The notes beneath the pieces are model-generated. The model saw only the letters and a list, made by a program, of their open reading frames with translations, searched no databases and was not told the DNA's origin. The translations under genes and the position numbers were made by a program. DNA of 32,000 bases from Pyrodictium occultum (GTDB lineage Archaea > Thermoproteota > Thermoprotei_A > Sulfolobales > Pyrodictiaceae). Where the stretch lies: NCBI RefSeq assembly GCF_001462395.1, contig NZ_LNTB01000001.1, forward strand, positions 300,001 to 332,000, read 5' to 3'. This document shows positions 1 to 7,820 of this stretch, in pieces. Position 1 is the stretch's first letter; each line of letters begins with the position of its first letter.

Positions 1-1
1 T

Positions 2-1108
2 GCAACGGTCACCAGGACTGTGACCAGGACGGTGGCCACCGGTGCCACGGGCACCTGGGCCACCGCGGCTGGCACAGCCACCACCAAGCCGGCGCGGGAG
101 CTCCTGGTCTACGTCTACGAGGACTTCATGGCCTGGGGAGAAGACCCGAAGCTATTCGACAAGCTCGTGGAGAACTTCACCCGGGAGACCGGGATAAAGG
201 TGGTGCTCCGCAAGTTCAAAGGCGCCCGCTCCATGGTGGCCCAGGTCATAGCCGAGAAGAGGGTCGGCGCTAGGACAGCCGACGTCGTGGTGGGCGTTGA
301 CCCGCTGCTGCTCTCGGAGCTCAAGGCACGCGGGCTCGTGGAGTGCTACGCCTCGCCCCAGGCGCCGGCCCAGCTAGTCAGGGCCCTCGACCCGGAGGGC
401 TGCGCGACCCCGGTGGACTACGGGCTCATAGCACTGGTCTACGACCCCTCCAGGCTCAACGAGACCGAGAAGGCCATGCTCCGCGACGGGGTGACGCTGG
501 ACGAGCTGGTGAAGCTGGCCCCGAGGCTGGTAGTGGAGGACCCGACGCAGAGCAGCACGGGGCTCAACTTCCTCCTCTACACCATAGCCGTCTCCAGGAT
601 GGAGGGCAGGGACTGGAAGCAGCTCTGGAAGCAGCTGAAGAGCCGCGGCGTAATGGTGGCCCCCAGCTGGGGCGACGCCTACGACGAGTTCTACAGGGAG
701 GGGAGCCCCAGGGCGATAGTAGTGAGCTACGGCACCGACCCGGCCTACAGCGCCTGGTACAACGCCAGGAAGGGCCGCGGCGAGAAGCCCAGCATCGAGG
801 CCACCGTGCTGGTGGCCAACGGCTCCAGGGTGGGCTGGGTCCAGGTGGAGGGCGCGGCGGTGATCAAGGGGGCGCCCCTCGAGGAGGCTAGGAGGTTCGT
901 CGACTGGCTGCTCAGCCACGAGGTGCAGGACAGGATACCCACCAGCCAGTGGATGATGCCCGTCCGCGGCGACGCCAGGCTGCCAGGCTTCTACCGCTAC
1001 GCCATGGGGCTCGGCAGCGTCGACACCTTGGCTAACACTGGGCTCAGGGCCGGGCCGGGGGAGCTTGAGGAGTGGCTCCGCGACTGGCTGCTGATCATGA
1101 GCGGCTGA
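2..1108 (+). CDS. ABC transporter substrate-binding protein, TbpA/AfuA-like (thiamine / Fe3+ class); the 5' end lies outside the window
   Basis: The frame is open from nt 2. It begins with a Thr-rich surface linker (ATVTRTVTRTVATGATGT...), followed by an SBP-like body (LLVYVYEDFMAWG..., VVSYGTDPAYS...). It is followed, with overlap, by a 12-TM ABC permease. Confidence 0.7.
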   Translation, partial: ATVTRTVTRTVATGATGTWATAAGTATTKPARELLVYVYEDFMAWGEDPKLFDKLVENFTRETGIKVVLRKFKGARSMVAQVIAEKRVGARTADVVVGVDPLLLSELKARGLVECYASPQAPAQLVRALDPEGCATPVDYGLIALVYDPSRLNETEKAMLRDGVTLDELVKLAPRLVVEDPTQSSTGLNFLLYTIAVSRMEGRDWKQLWKQLKSRGVMVAPSWGDAYDEFYREGSPRAIVVSYGTDPAYSAWYNARKGRGEKPSIEATVLVANGSRVGWVQVEGAAVIKGAPLEEARRFVDWLLSHEVQDRIPTSQWMMPVRGDARLPGFYRYAMGLGSVDTLANTGLRAGPGELEEWLRDWLLIMSG

Positions 1109-2667
1109 GCCTCGGCAGGCTAGGCGGCGCCCTGGCCACGGCGGCGTGGCTGGTGGCGCTGCTCTACACCCTCCCCCTAGCCCTGGCCCTCGCCCTTTTC
1201 TGGCCCCCGGGCTGGCCCCCTCCCTTCAGCCTGCCCCGGGTGCTGGCCTGGACCCTCGCCCAGGCGGCCGCGAGCGCCACCCTGGCCGTCGCAGTGGGCT
1301 GGCCCCTCGGTGTCCTCGCCGGCTTCTACGGCTCCAGGGCGGCCAGGGCCGCGGTGGCCGCCAGCCTAGCCCCCTTCATGTCCCCCGTAGCGGCCGTCGC
1401 CGCGGGGATGAGGGCCCTCTACGGGGAGGGCGGGCTGGCCTCCAGGCTCCTCCCCTGGCTCGAGCCGCTGGCCAGGGGCTGGACCGGGGTGCTGGCGCTC
1501 CACAGCTACTTCAACATAGGCCTCGCCGCCGCGCTGGCTGCGGCCGCGGCGGGCTCCACCGAGGCCGCTGTGGCGGAGCACGCCCGGATGCTGGGGCTCC
1601 GGGGCGCCAGGCTCTGGCTGCGCGTCCTCCTCCCCCTCACCGCCAGGGTCGCGCTCTACGCCTGGGGGATAGCCTTCCTCTACTCCGCCACCAGCGCGGC
1701 GCCGCTCCTCGTGGAGGGCGCGGCGTACCGCTACTACACGCTCGAGGCCTGGCTCTACGTCGTCTACCGCGGCTTCCCCGGCCTGGCCGGCCTCGTCCCC
1801 GTCCTCGCCCTCCTGGAGCTGGGGGCCGCTGCCGCCGCCTCGATGCTCCTTCTGCGCGCCGCCCGGGGGCTCCCCTCCAGCCCGCTCGCCGCCCGGGGCG
1901 AGGGCTCGCTGCCCCTGAGCCGGGGCTGGAGGCTCGCCGCCGCCTCCTACTCGGCGCTGGTCACCGCCTACCTCTACGCCCCGGTGGCCGCCCTCGCCGT
2001 GCAGGCCGCGGGGGCGGATCCCGGCAGGCTGCTGGAGGCCGCGGCCGCGGGCCCGGGGCTGGCGGGGGCGGTGGCTAACAGCCTCGCCTACGCGGCCGCC
2101 GCCACCGCTCTCTCCCTACTTCTGGGGGTCCCCGCCTCGGGCGGGAGGCTCGCCGTGGCTGCGCTCTCCCTCGTGGCGGTGGCGCCCGTCGCCTACGGGG
2201 TCTCGGCCAGCCTCGCCTATTTCCGGCCCCTCTCCCGGCTCCTCGGCGAGGCCAACGCCTCCAGGCTCCTGATAGTGCTGGCCCACACGGCTGCGGGGCT
2301 CCCCCTGGCCAGCAGGGTGCTGGCCGAGGCCTGGGGGAGGCTCCAGCGGGAGGTGGGCGACACCATGCTCCTCCTCGGGCTCCGGGGCGCCAGGCTCCTC
2401 CGCCACATCCTCGCCGCCACGGCCCCCGTGGCCGCCATGGCAGCCGGGCTGGCGGCGGCCGCGAGCCTCGGGGAGTTCGGCGCGAGCATAGTGGTGTCGG
2501 TGCCGGCCACCTGGAGCATGACAGTGCTCGTCTACGAGCTCCTCTCGGCCGGGAGGCTGTTCCACGAGGCCTGCCTGGCGGCCCTCATCCTCGAGGCTAT
2601 GAGCCTCTCAGCCATACTCCTGGCGCAGGCGGCGGCGGGGAGGCTGGCTGGCCAGGGGCGCCTCTAG
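1072..2667 (+). CDS. ABC transporter permease, duplicated two-domain ThiP/FbpB-like type
   Basis: 531 aa, extremely hydrophobic and Ala/Leu-rich, with two repeated about 6-TM halves. It overlaps the stop of the binding-protein gene. No ATPase gene follows. The start codon is uncertain. Confidence 0.7.
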   Translation: MAPRLAADHERLSLGRLGGALATAAWLVALLYTLPLALALALFWPPGWPPPFSLPRVLAWTLAQAAASATLAVAVGWPLGVLAGFYGSRAARAAVAASLAPFMSPVAAVAAGMRALYGEGGLASRLLPWLEPLARGWTGVLALHSYFNIGLAAALAAAAAGSTEAAVAEHARMLGLRGARLWLRVLLPLTARVALYAWGIAFLYSATSAAPLLVEGAAYRYYTLEAWLYVVYRGFPGLAGLVPVLALLELGAAAAASMLLLRAARGLPSSPLAARGEGSLPLSRGWRLAAASYSALVTAYLYAPVAALAVQAAGADPGRLLEAAAAGPGLAGAVANSLAYAAAATALSLLLGVPASGGRLAVAALSLVAVAPVAYGVSASLAYFRPLSRLLGEANASRLLIVLAHTAAGLPLASRVLAEAWGRLQREVGDTMLLLGLRGARLLRHILAATAPVAAMAAGLAAAASLGEFGASIVVSVPATWSMTVLVYELLSAGRLFHEACLAALILEAMSLSAILLAQAAAGRLAGQGRL

Positions 2668-2744
2668 CGGCGGCTGCAGCGGCTAGAGCCTACGGCGGGT
2701 AACCGTAATCTACACCGGCGCCGCGCCACAGGGCCCCTGGGGGG

Positions 2745-3200
2745 ATGTTGGCGGGGAGGACGGGGCCGGAGCGCGAGGCCGTGGTCGACACCAGCGTGCT
2801 GCACGCCCTCCTAGTGGAGGAGGACCCCCACCACGGCCCGGCGGCCCTGCTGGCCTCGAGGATAGCGGCCGTGGTGCCGAGCAGCGTCGTCCACGAGCTG
2901 GTGTGGAGCCTGCGCCGCCGCCTCGGCGCCGCCGCGGCTGGCTCCAGGGTGGGCTGGCTCCTAGCCCGCGGCGTCAGGGTGGAGCCCGTGAGGCTCGATG
3001 ACGTGTGGTTCGCCCTCCGCGACCCGCGGCGCTACGAGGACCTCCTAGTGGTCTCGGTGGCCAGGCGCCTAGGCCTCCCCTTGGCGACCCTGGACCGGGG
3101 CATGGCCAGGCTCGCCGCCCGGCACGGGGTCGAGCTGCTCCCCATCCCCGGGGCCCCGGGGGCACATGGGAGGGCTGGCGAGGAGACAGGGCAGGCTTGA
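2745..3200 (+). CDS. PIN-domain ribonuclease (VapC-like toxin), with no adjacent antitoxin ORF
   Basis: 151 aa with the ordered acidic PIN residues: VVDTSV (D), VVHELV (E), YEDLLVVSVA (D), ATLDRG (D). Only 77 nt of non-coding sequence lies upstream. Confidence 0.7.
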   Translation: MLAGRTGPEREAVVDTSVLHALLVEEDPHHGPAALLASRIAAVVPSSVVHELVWSLRRRLGAAAAGSRVGWLLARGVRVEPVRLDDVWFALRDPRRYEDLLVVSVARRLGLPLATLDRGMARLAARHGVELLPIPGAPGAHGRAGEETGQA

Positions 3201-3202
3201 TC

Positions 3203-3408
3203 GTGATGGGGCATAGGGCCAACACGGCCAGGTGGCTCCGCCGCCACCTCTCCCGCACCCTGGTCGGCGAGCTGCATAGCCGCGGCCTCGCCGTGGCCGC
3301 CTGGACGGTGAACGACCCCCGGGGGCGAGGAGGCTCGCGGGAATGGGCGTGGACGTAATCGTAACCGACGCCCCCTGCGAGATAGCGGAGGCGCTGGCGG
3401 CTAGGTGA
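3203..3408 (+). pseudogene. Remnant of a glycerophosphodiester phosphodiesterase (GDPD) gene: C-terminal about 65 codons only, with a frameshift
   Basis: Frame 1 reads ...LVGELHSRGLAVAAWTVNDPRG. After a 1-nt slip in the c5g5 run (about 3316-3325) the next frame reads (A)RRLAGMGVDVIVTDAPCEIAEALAAR*. Together these give the canonical GDPD C-terminus (WTVND...GVDxIxTDxP). The N-terminal about 170 codons of a normal GDPD are absent. Confidence 0.55.
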
Positions 3409-4471
3409 CCACCTGCTCCAGCATCCCCCTCGCAGCCGCCTCCCTCAGCTCCCTAGCCACCCTCCTCCCCATGTACATGGGCTCGCTCCAGTAGAGGCTG
3501 GCGTAGGGCGTCTGGAGCCCCGTGTAGACGTTAGTGCCGGCCACTATCCTGCCGCTGAACTCGAACACCTTGTACTCCAGGCTCTCCGTCACCACCCCCT
3601 CCAGGCTGTAGGGGCCGACGAGCGGGTAGCCCGTCTCCCTCTCAACCGCCCTGGCGAACCTCTCCCCGTAGTCCAGCACCCTGGCCAGGAGGCTCTCCCT
3701 AGCCACCACCGGGACGTTGGCCACCACGGTGTAGCTGGGCTCTATGCCCAGCTCCTCGACCAGCCGGGGCGGGAGCCGCTGGAGCCCATCCACGTTGCTC
3801 TCCAGCCTCAAATCCATGCCCAGCAGCTCCACCCTCCCGTGGACAAGGCTGTTGAAGAAGTGGCTGTAGAGCCTCACCCCCACCACGTACTCCTGCACCA
3901 CAGCCCCCTGGGGCAGCGCCCCCTCAAGCCCCCGGGCCTCCCGGGGCGAGACCAGCCGGTAGCCCCGGCCCCCCTTCGCGCCCGGGAGTTTCACTATAAC
4001 CGGCGCCCCGGCCTCGGCCGCCTCCCCGAGGCTCCGGAACCTCCGCGGCGTCTCAATCCCGGCCTCCTCCAGGAGCCCCAGCTTCCTCTCCCAGTCAGCC
4101 TCTATCTCCAGCAGATACCTGTTCCCCAGCATGGGGAGCTCGAGCTCCAGCAGCCTCTCCGCGCCAACGTACTCTATCAGGCTGGCGTGGGGCACAAGCA
4201 CGGCGTTAGCCTCCCTAAGCTCCTCCACAACCCTGCCGCTCAGCAGCTCCCCCCACGAGTCCACAACCACCACGCGGCTGTAGAGCCACGGGAACCTAGA
4301 GTATATCGACTCGTAGTACCTCCTGGCGGCGAGGAGGATGGCCTCGACACCCTCGTCCCTGGCGCCGCGGAGCAGCTGGAGCGCCGAGTGGCTCGCCGGC
4401 ACAGCCAGCCTTACCCTGGAGGGGTCGTAGCCCCTAACCACCTCCCTCCCAGGGCTCCTAGCCCGGGCCAA
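3401..4471 (-). CDS. purP: 5-formaminoimidazole-4-carboxamide ribonucleotide (FAICAR) synthetase PurP, ATP-grasp
   Basis: 356 aa. The N-terminus (AVPASHSALQLLRGARDEGVEAILLA) and the ATP-grasp body (VIVKLPGAKGGRGY, QEYVVGV) match the archaeal PurP family layout. Confidence 0.8.
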   Translation of the reverse strand: MARARSPGREVVRGYDPSRVRLAVPASHSALQLLRGARDEGVEAILLAARRYYESIYSRFPWLYSRVVVVDSWGELLSGRVVEELREANAVLVPHASLIEYVGAERLLELELPMLGNRYLLEIEADWERKLGLLEEAGIETPRRFRSLGEAAEAGAPVIVKLPGAKGGRGYRLVSPREARGLEGALPQGAVVQEYVVGVRLYSHFFNSLVHGRVELLGMDLRLESNVDGLQRLPPRLVEELGIEPSYTVVANVPVVARESLLARVLDYGERFARAVERETGYPLVGPYSLEGVVTESLEYKVFEFSGRIVAGTNVYTGLQTPYASLYWSEPMYMGRRVARELREAAARGMLEQVVT

Positions 4472-4498
4472 CCCAGCAGCCCCAGGGGGTGCTGCCCA

Positions 4499-4538
4499 GG
4501 GCTCCTCCAGGGGGTAAAAAGAGGGCCCGGAGGAGCCC
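4499..4538 (-). promoter_or_regulatory. Putative purP promoter: TATA-like box enclosed by a perfect 10-bp inverted repeat
   Basis: gggctcctcc (4499-4508) and ggaggagccc (4529-4538) are exact reverse complements. They flank agggggtaaaaagagggccc, whose minus strand carries CTTTTTAC about 45 nt upstream of the purP ATG (4471). Confidence 0.35.
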
Positions 4539-4628
4539 GGGGGCCAGGAGCCGTGTGATGGAGTGGAGAACCGGGGATGGAGCGAGGAGAAAAACCCGGG
4601 AGGGCTGTAGGGCCGCCCCCGCCCAGCC

Positions 4629-5153
4629 TTAGCTGGTGCTGAGCACCTGGAAGTTGAACGCCACGGGCACGCTGTCGAACAGCATGCCCTCCTTGGCCTC
4701 GTAGTAGGCGGTGAAGCATAGGTATGATGTCCGGTTGCCGTCGGCGTCGAAGTCGTCGGTGTCCAGCACCACCACGGTGCTAGGCTTGTCGAGGCTCACC
4801 ATGCCCTTGGTGCTGTTGTGGCGGCAGTGGTCTATCATGACGGTGAAGTAGTCGAAGTAGTTCTTCAGCTGCTCGGCATTAGCCAGGGTTACCCCCAGCT
4901 TCACGATGTTGACGTCGTTCGGCTCGCGCCAGACTATTATGTAGCCCATGTCCTGGCTGCCCTGGGCGCCGGCGGCGGGGGAGACGCTGTGAATGAGGCT
5001 GTCGGTTATCTTCACGGGCTCGTTGGGCGCCTCGGCGCCGCCCACCGCGTAGAAGCTGTTCAGCGGGCTCCGGGTGGTGGCGAAGCCGGCTAGCAGGGCG
5101 AGGGCGGCAGCCGAAGCGACTAGGCCGGCCAGAGCCAGGGTCGTGTACCTCAC
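4629..5153 (-). CDS. Hypothetical exported / membrane-anchored protein
   Basis: 174 aa with a GTG start and an N-terminal hydrophobic segment (MRYTTLALAGLVASAAALALLAGFA). It has a beta-rich body with NST and NRT sequons. It is visibly less G+C-rich than its neighbours, with regular coding periodicity. Confidence 0.6.
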   Translation of the reverse strand: MRYTTLALAGLVASAAALALLAGFATTRSPLNSFYAVGGAEAPNEPVKITDSLIHSVSPAAGAQGSQDMGYIIVWREPNDVNIVKLGVTLANAEQLKNYFDYFTVMIDHCRHNSTKGMVSLDKPSTVVVLDTDDFDADGNRTSYLCFTAYYEAKEGMLFDSVPVAFNFQVLSTS

Positions 5154-5243
5154 GGCGTCGACCCCTCCAGGGGTTCCAGCATGAACTCGCTCGATATGGT
5201 TTGTGATGTATGACGTAGAAGAGGCTTTCCCCGCCCGGGGGGC

Positions 5244-5714
5244 TCACTCCCCGCGGCCGAGCATCTCCCGGTAGAGCCGCGCCGGGTCCTCCACGGGGAG
5301 CAGCGCGTAGGCTATGTCCTCGTCCCTCCCGCCCTCGATGAGGAGGTGGCGGTTCTCCCAGCCGAGGCAGCGGATGAGCACGTGCCTCCTCCCCTCAGCG
5401 CTGGAGATCTCCGCGAGAAAGCCGTCCACCAGCCTGGGGTGCAGCAGGCAGTCGAGGGCCGCCCGGAGGAGGCCGCGGAGCCTCTCCAGGTGCCCGGCCA
5501 GCTCCTCCTCCCCCGGCTCCCCCGCGCCGGCCTCGCGGTAGAGCCGGCGCAGGTCCTCAAGGTAGCCGGTGAGCAGCTCCGCGTAGGCCTCCGGGGCGTC
5601 CGCGAGAGCCTCCCGCACCAGCTCCTCCTCGCCCCGGCCGTGGATCCTCAGCAGGGCCCTCTCGAGCACGCTCCGAGCCTCCTCAACCAGCTCCTCGCGC
5701 CCCGGCAGAGGCAT
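5244..5714 (-). CDS. Hypothetical protein (helical, acidic, no recognisable family)
   Basis: 156-aa ORF with protein-like composition (EELVEEARSVLERALL..., RHVLIRCLGWENRHLLIEGG). The overlapping ORFs in other frames are Arg/Pro/Gly junk. Confidence 0.5.
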   Translation of the reverse strand: MPLPGREELVEEARSVLERALLRIHGRGEEELVREALADAPEAYAELLTGYLEDLRRLYREAGAGEPGEEELAGHLERLRGLLRAALDCLLHPRLVDGFLAEISSAEGRRHVLIRCLGWENRHLLIEGGRDEDIAYALLPVEDPARLYREMLGRGE

Positions 5715-5800
5715 CCCAAGCGTCCTCCAGCCCCCAGGGGCCAGGGGAGGGGTTTTGATACCACCCGGGGCCCCGAGGGGCCAGGGAGAGGGGAGACGCC

Positions 5801-6709
5801 ATGGAGCTGGGCCTAGTCTTCCTCGGCACCGGCGCCGCCCTGGCAGCCAGGCACCGCGGCCTCCCCTCCATAGCCCTCGTCTACCGCGGCAGCATAGTCC
5901 TCCTCGACTGCGGCGAGGGAACCCAGCACACCCTGGCCAGGGCCGGCCTAAGCCCCCTAAAGGTCGAGGCAGTGCTGATCACCCACCTCCACGGCGACCA
6001 CGTCCTCGGGCTCCCCGGCCTCCTCCAGACAATGGCCATGCAGGGCCGCAGGAGGCCACTCCTCGTAGCAGGCCCACCCGGCCTAAAGGAGCTGATCGAG
6101 GCAGCGTCAAAGCTCACCCACTGGCTCCCAAGCTACCCCATATACATCGCCGAGCCGGCACCCTGGCAGACCCTCCACCTCCCCAGCGGCCTAGAAGCAA
6201 AAACCTTCCCAGCCGACCACACCGTGCCAGCCCTAGGATATAGGATCCAGGAGCCCAGGAGAAAACCCAGAATAAACCTCGAGAAAGCACGGAAGCTAGG
6301 CCTACAGCCAGGACCCCAGCTAGCAAGACTACAGCGAGACGAGCCAGTAAGAATAGGCACCAAGATAATATACCCGGAAGACGTGGTAGAGGAGAAGCCA
6401 AGAGCATCAATAACTTACACCGGGGACACAAGGCCAAGCCAGGCAACGATAAAGGCAGCCAAACACACAACAATACTGATCCACGACTCCACCTTCACCA
6501 GCGAATACGCCCGCGAAGCCCACGAGAAAGGCCACAGCACAGCCAAGGACGCAGCAACAATAGCAAAGCAGGCGGGAGCACAGCTACTAATACTAACCCA
6601 CATCAGCGCCCGCTACAGGACAACACGCCCCCTACTCGACGAAGCCCGGAGAATATTCCCCAGGACAATAGCAGCAGAGGACCTAGCCAAACTACCAATA
6701 CGGCCATAA
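5801..6709 (+). CDS. rnz: Ribonuclease Z (tRNA 3' endonuclease, short ElaC form)
   Basis: The motifs LGTGAA...LLDCGEGTQHTL...ITHLHGDHVLGLPGLLQTM, ...GDTRPS..., LIHDSTF..., GHSTAKDAA..., LTHISARY give the full MBL/RNase Z motif set. A TATA-like ggttttgatacc lies about 45 nt upstream. Confidence 0.9.
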   Translation: MELGLVFLGTGAALAARHRGLPSIALVYRGSIVLLDCGEGTQHTLARAGLSPLKVEAVLITHLHGDHVLGLPGLLQTMAMQGRRRPLLVAGPPGLKELIEAASKLTHWLPSYPIYIAEPAPWQTLHLPSGLEAKTFPADHTVPALGYRIQEPRRKPRINLEKARKLGLQPGPQLARLQRDEPVRIGTKIIYPEDVVEEKPRASITYTGDTRPSQATIKAAKHTTILIHDSTFTSEYAREAHEKGHSTAKDAATIAKQAGAQLLILTHISARYRTTRPLLDEARRIFPRTIAAEDLAKLPIRP

Positions 6710-6743
6710 ACCCAGCCCCTCCGGGGTTGCGGGCTGGGGGTTT
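6708..6743 (+). terminator. Hairpin directly after the rnz stop codon
   Basis: cccagccc (6711-6718) pairs perfectly with gggctggg (6731-6738) around a 12-nt loop. It is flanked by aaa/ttt and followed by tttg. Confidence 0.4.
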
Positions 6744-6947
6744 GCCGGCTGTGTGTTTGGCCTGGTGTGGCTCGTCTCCGGCTTGTTGCTCCCCGTGATG
6801 TGGTGCTTCCGCCTGCTAGCAGTAAGGTTGTGAAGTCCCTGGTTCTCCAGCGTGGCGGGTGGCTGGCTGGGCTCGCCTCGCCGAGGCAGGGCTACAAGCC
6901 GCTGTTCATCTCCATGCTGTACCGGGGTGGGAGGCACCTCTACGCGA

Positions 6948-6967
6948 GGGCTGGGCTCTCCCAGCCC
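6948..6967 (-). terminator. Hairpin about 40 nt downstream of the hisI-fusion stop (end of the his cluster)
   Basis: gggctggg (6948-6955), ctct, cccagccc (6960-6967): a perfect 8-bp stem with a 4-nt loop. No U-run follows, so a terminator role is only inferred. Confidence 0.3.
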
Positions 6968-7007
6968 CAGGAGAATGTCCCCTTCTACGCCTTCTAGCCC
7001 TCGCCCT

Positions 7008-7814
7008 CTAGGCCCGGGGGGCCCGCAGCCTCAGCCCCGGCGGGTGCCCGGGGCTGGCCTCTATGAGCACGTCGACGCCCTCGGGGGCCTCGCCCTCGGG
7101 GGCGAGGAGGGCTGTCACGGCTGCGGGGGTCGCCGAGCGCTTCTCCGCCTCCTCCGCCAGCTTCTGGGCTGTGGCCGGGTCGGGGGCGTAGACTGCGACG
7201 CGGTCCAGCTCCCCCAGGGACTCGGGGACCCTGCCGCCCGCGGCGAGGTGGAGGCTTGCCTTCAGCCTCTGGGCCGCGAGGAGTGCTAGGAGCGAGCTGG
7301 GCCCTTCGGGGGCGAGGAGCGCCGTGACCCCTGCCCCCGCCCTGGCGCGTATCCTCTCGGCCAGGAGGCTTGCCGCCAGGGCTGCCAGGAGGGGGCTGGG
7401 CGGGGGCCTCCAGGTGGCGAGGGGGTGGGCCACCCTGCCGCCCTCGATCCTCGTGTATGGCCTCGTCTCCTCCAGTAGCCTCTCGAGCATCTCCCCCCTC
7501 CGGTCCGCCAGGTGGTTGTGGAAGCAGCTCCTCCTCCCCAGGTGGCAGACGTGCCTCCTCGGCGCGGCGACGTAGGCTGCCGCGTCCCGGTCGCAGTCGA
7601 GGATGACCTCCAGCACCTCGAGGACGCCGCCGCTGGTGGAGCCCTTGAGCCAGAGGCTGCCCCTGCTCCTGGAGTGGAAGTGGGCCAGCCCCGTCTCGGC
7701 TGTGAGCCTCAGCGCCTCCTCGCTGGCGTAGGCTAGCATGAGGGGCTCGCCGGTCACTGCGTCCACCACGGCTACGGGTACCAGCCTCCCCCTGGGGGCC
7801 TCGCCCTCAGCCAT
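7008..7814 (-). CDS. hisI: Phosphoribosyl-AMP cyclohydrolase (HisI) fused to an uncharacterised C-terminal domain of about 160 aa
   Basis: The N-terminal about 105 aa are HisI-like (VPVAVVDAVTGEPLMLAYASEEAL..AHFHSRSRGSLWLKGSTSGGV..ILDCDRDA...CHLGRRSCF). The rest (LERLLEETRPY...VTALLAPEG...VTALLAPEG...) has no HisE or other his-enzyme motifs. Confidence 0.8.
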   Translation of the reverse strand: MAEGEAPRGRLVPVAVVDAVTGEPLMLAYASEEALRLTAETGLAHFHSRSRGSLWLKGSTSGGVLEVLEVILDCDRDAAAYVAAPRRHVCHLGRRSCFHNHLADRRGEMLERLLEETRPYTRIEGGRVAHPLATWRPPPSPLLAALAASLLAERIRARAGAGVTALLAPEGPSSLLALLAAQRLKASLHLAAGGRVPESLGELDRVAVYAPDPATAQKLAEEAEKRSATPAAVTALLAPEGEAPEGVDVLIEASPGHPPGLRLRAPRA

Positions 7815-7820
7815 CCCTCC

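Noticed and set aside
343-2078. Long ORFs overlapping the ABC genes in other frames or on the other strand (343..891 +, 374..919 -, 1146..2078 +).
   Set aside because: Their Arg/Gly/Pro-dominated low-complexity translations are typical of shadow ORFs in very G+C-rich DNA. The overlapping frames carry recognisable SBP and permease sequences.
6710-7007. Possible structured RNA gene (RNase P RNA, SRP RNA, intron-containing tRNA, C/D box sRNA) in the 300-nt gap after rnz.
   Set aside because: I could not find the CR-I/CR-V RNase P boxes (GGAAAGUCC, ACAGAA..GGCUUA) on one strand. There is no SRP GGAA/GNAR helix-8 motifs, no T-loop GTTCRAATC and no acceptable C (RUGAUGA) plus D (CUGA) box pairs. 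Only two hairpins and a 10-bp palindrome (ctgctagcag) are present. A covariance-model scan would be needed to exclude an RNA fully.
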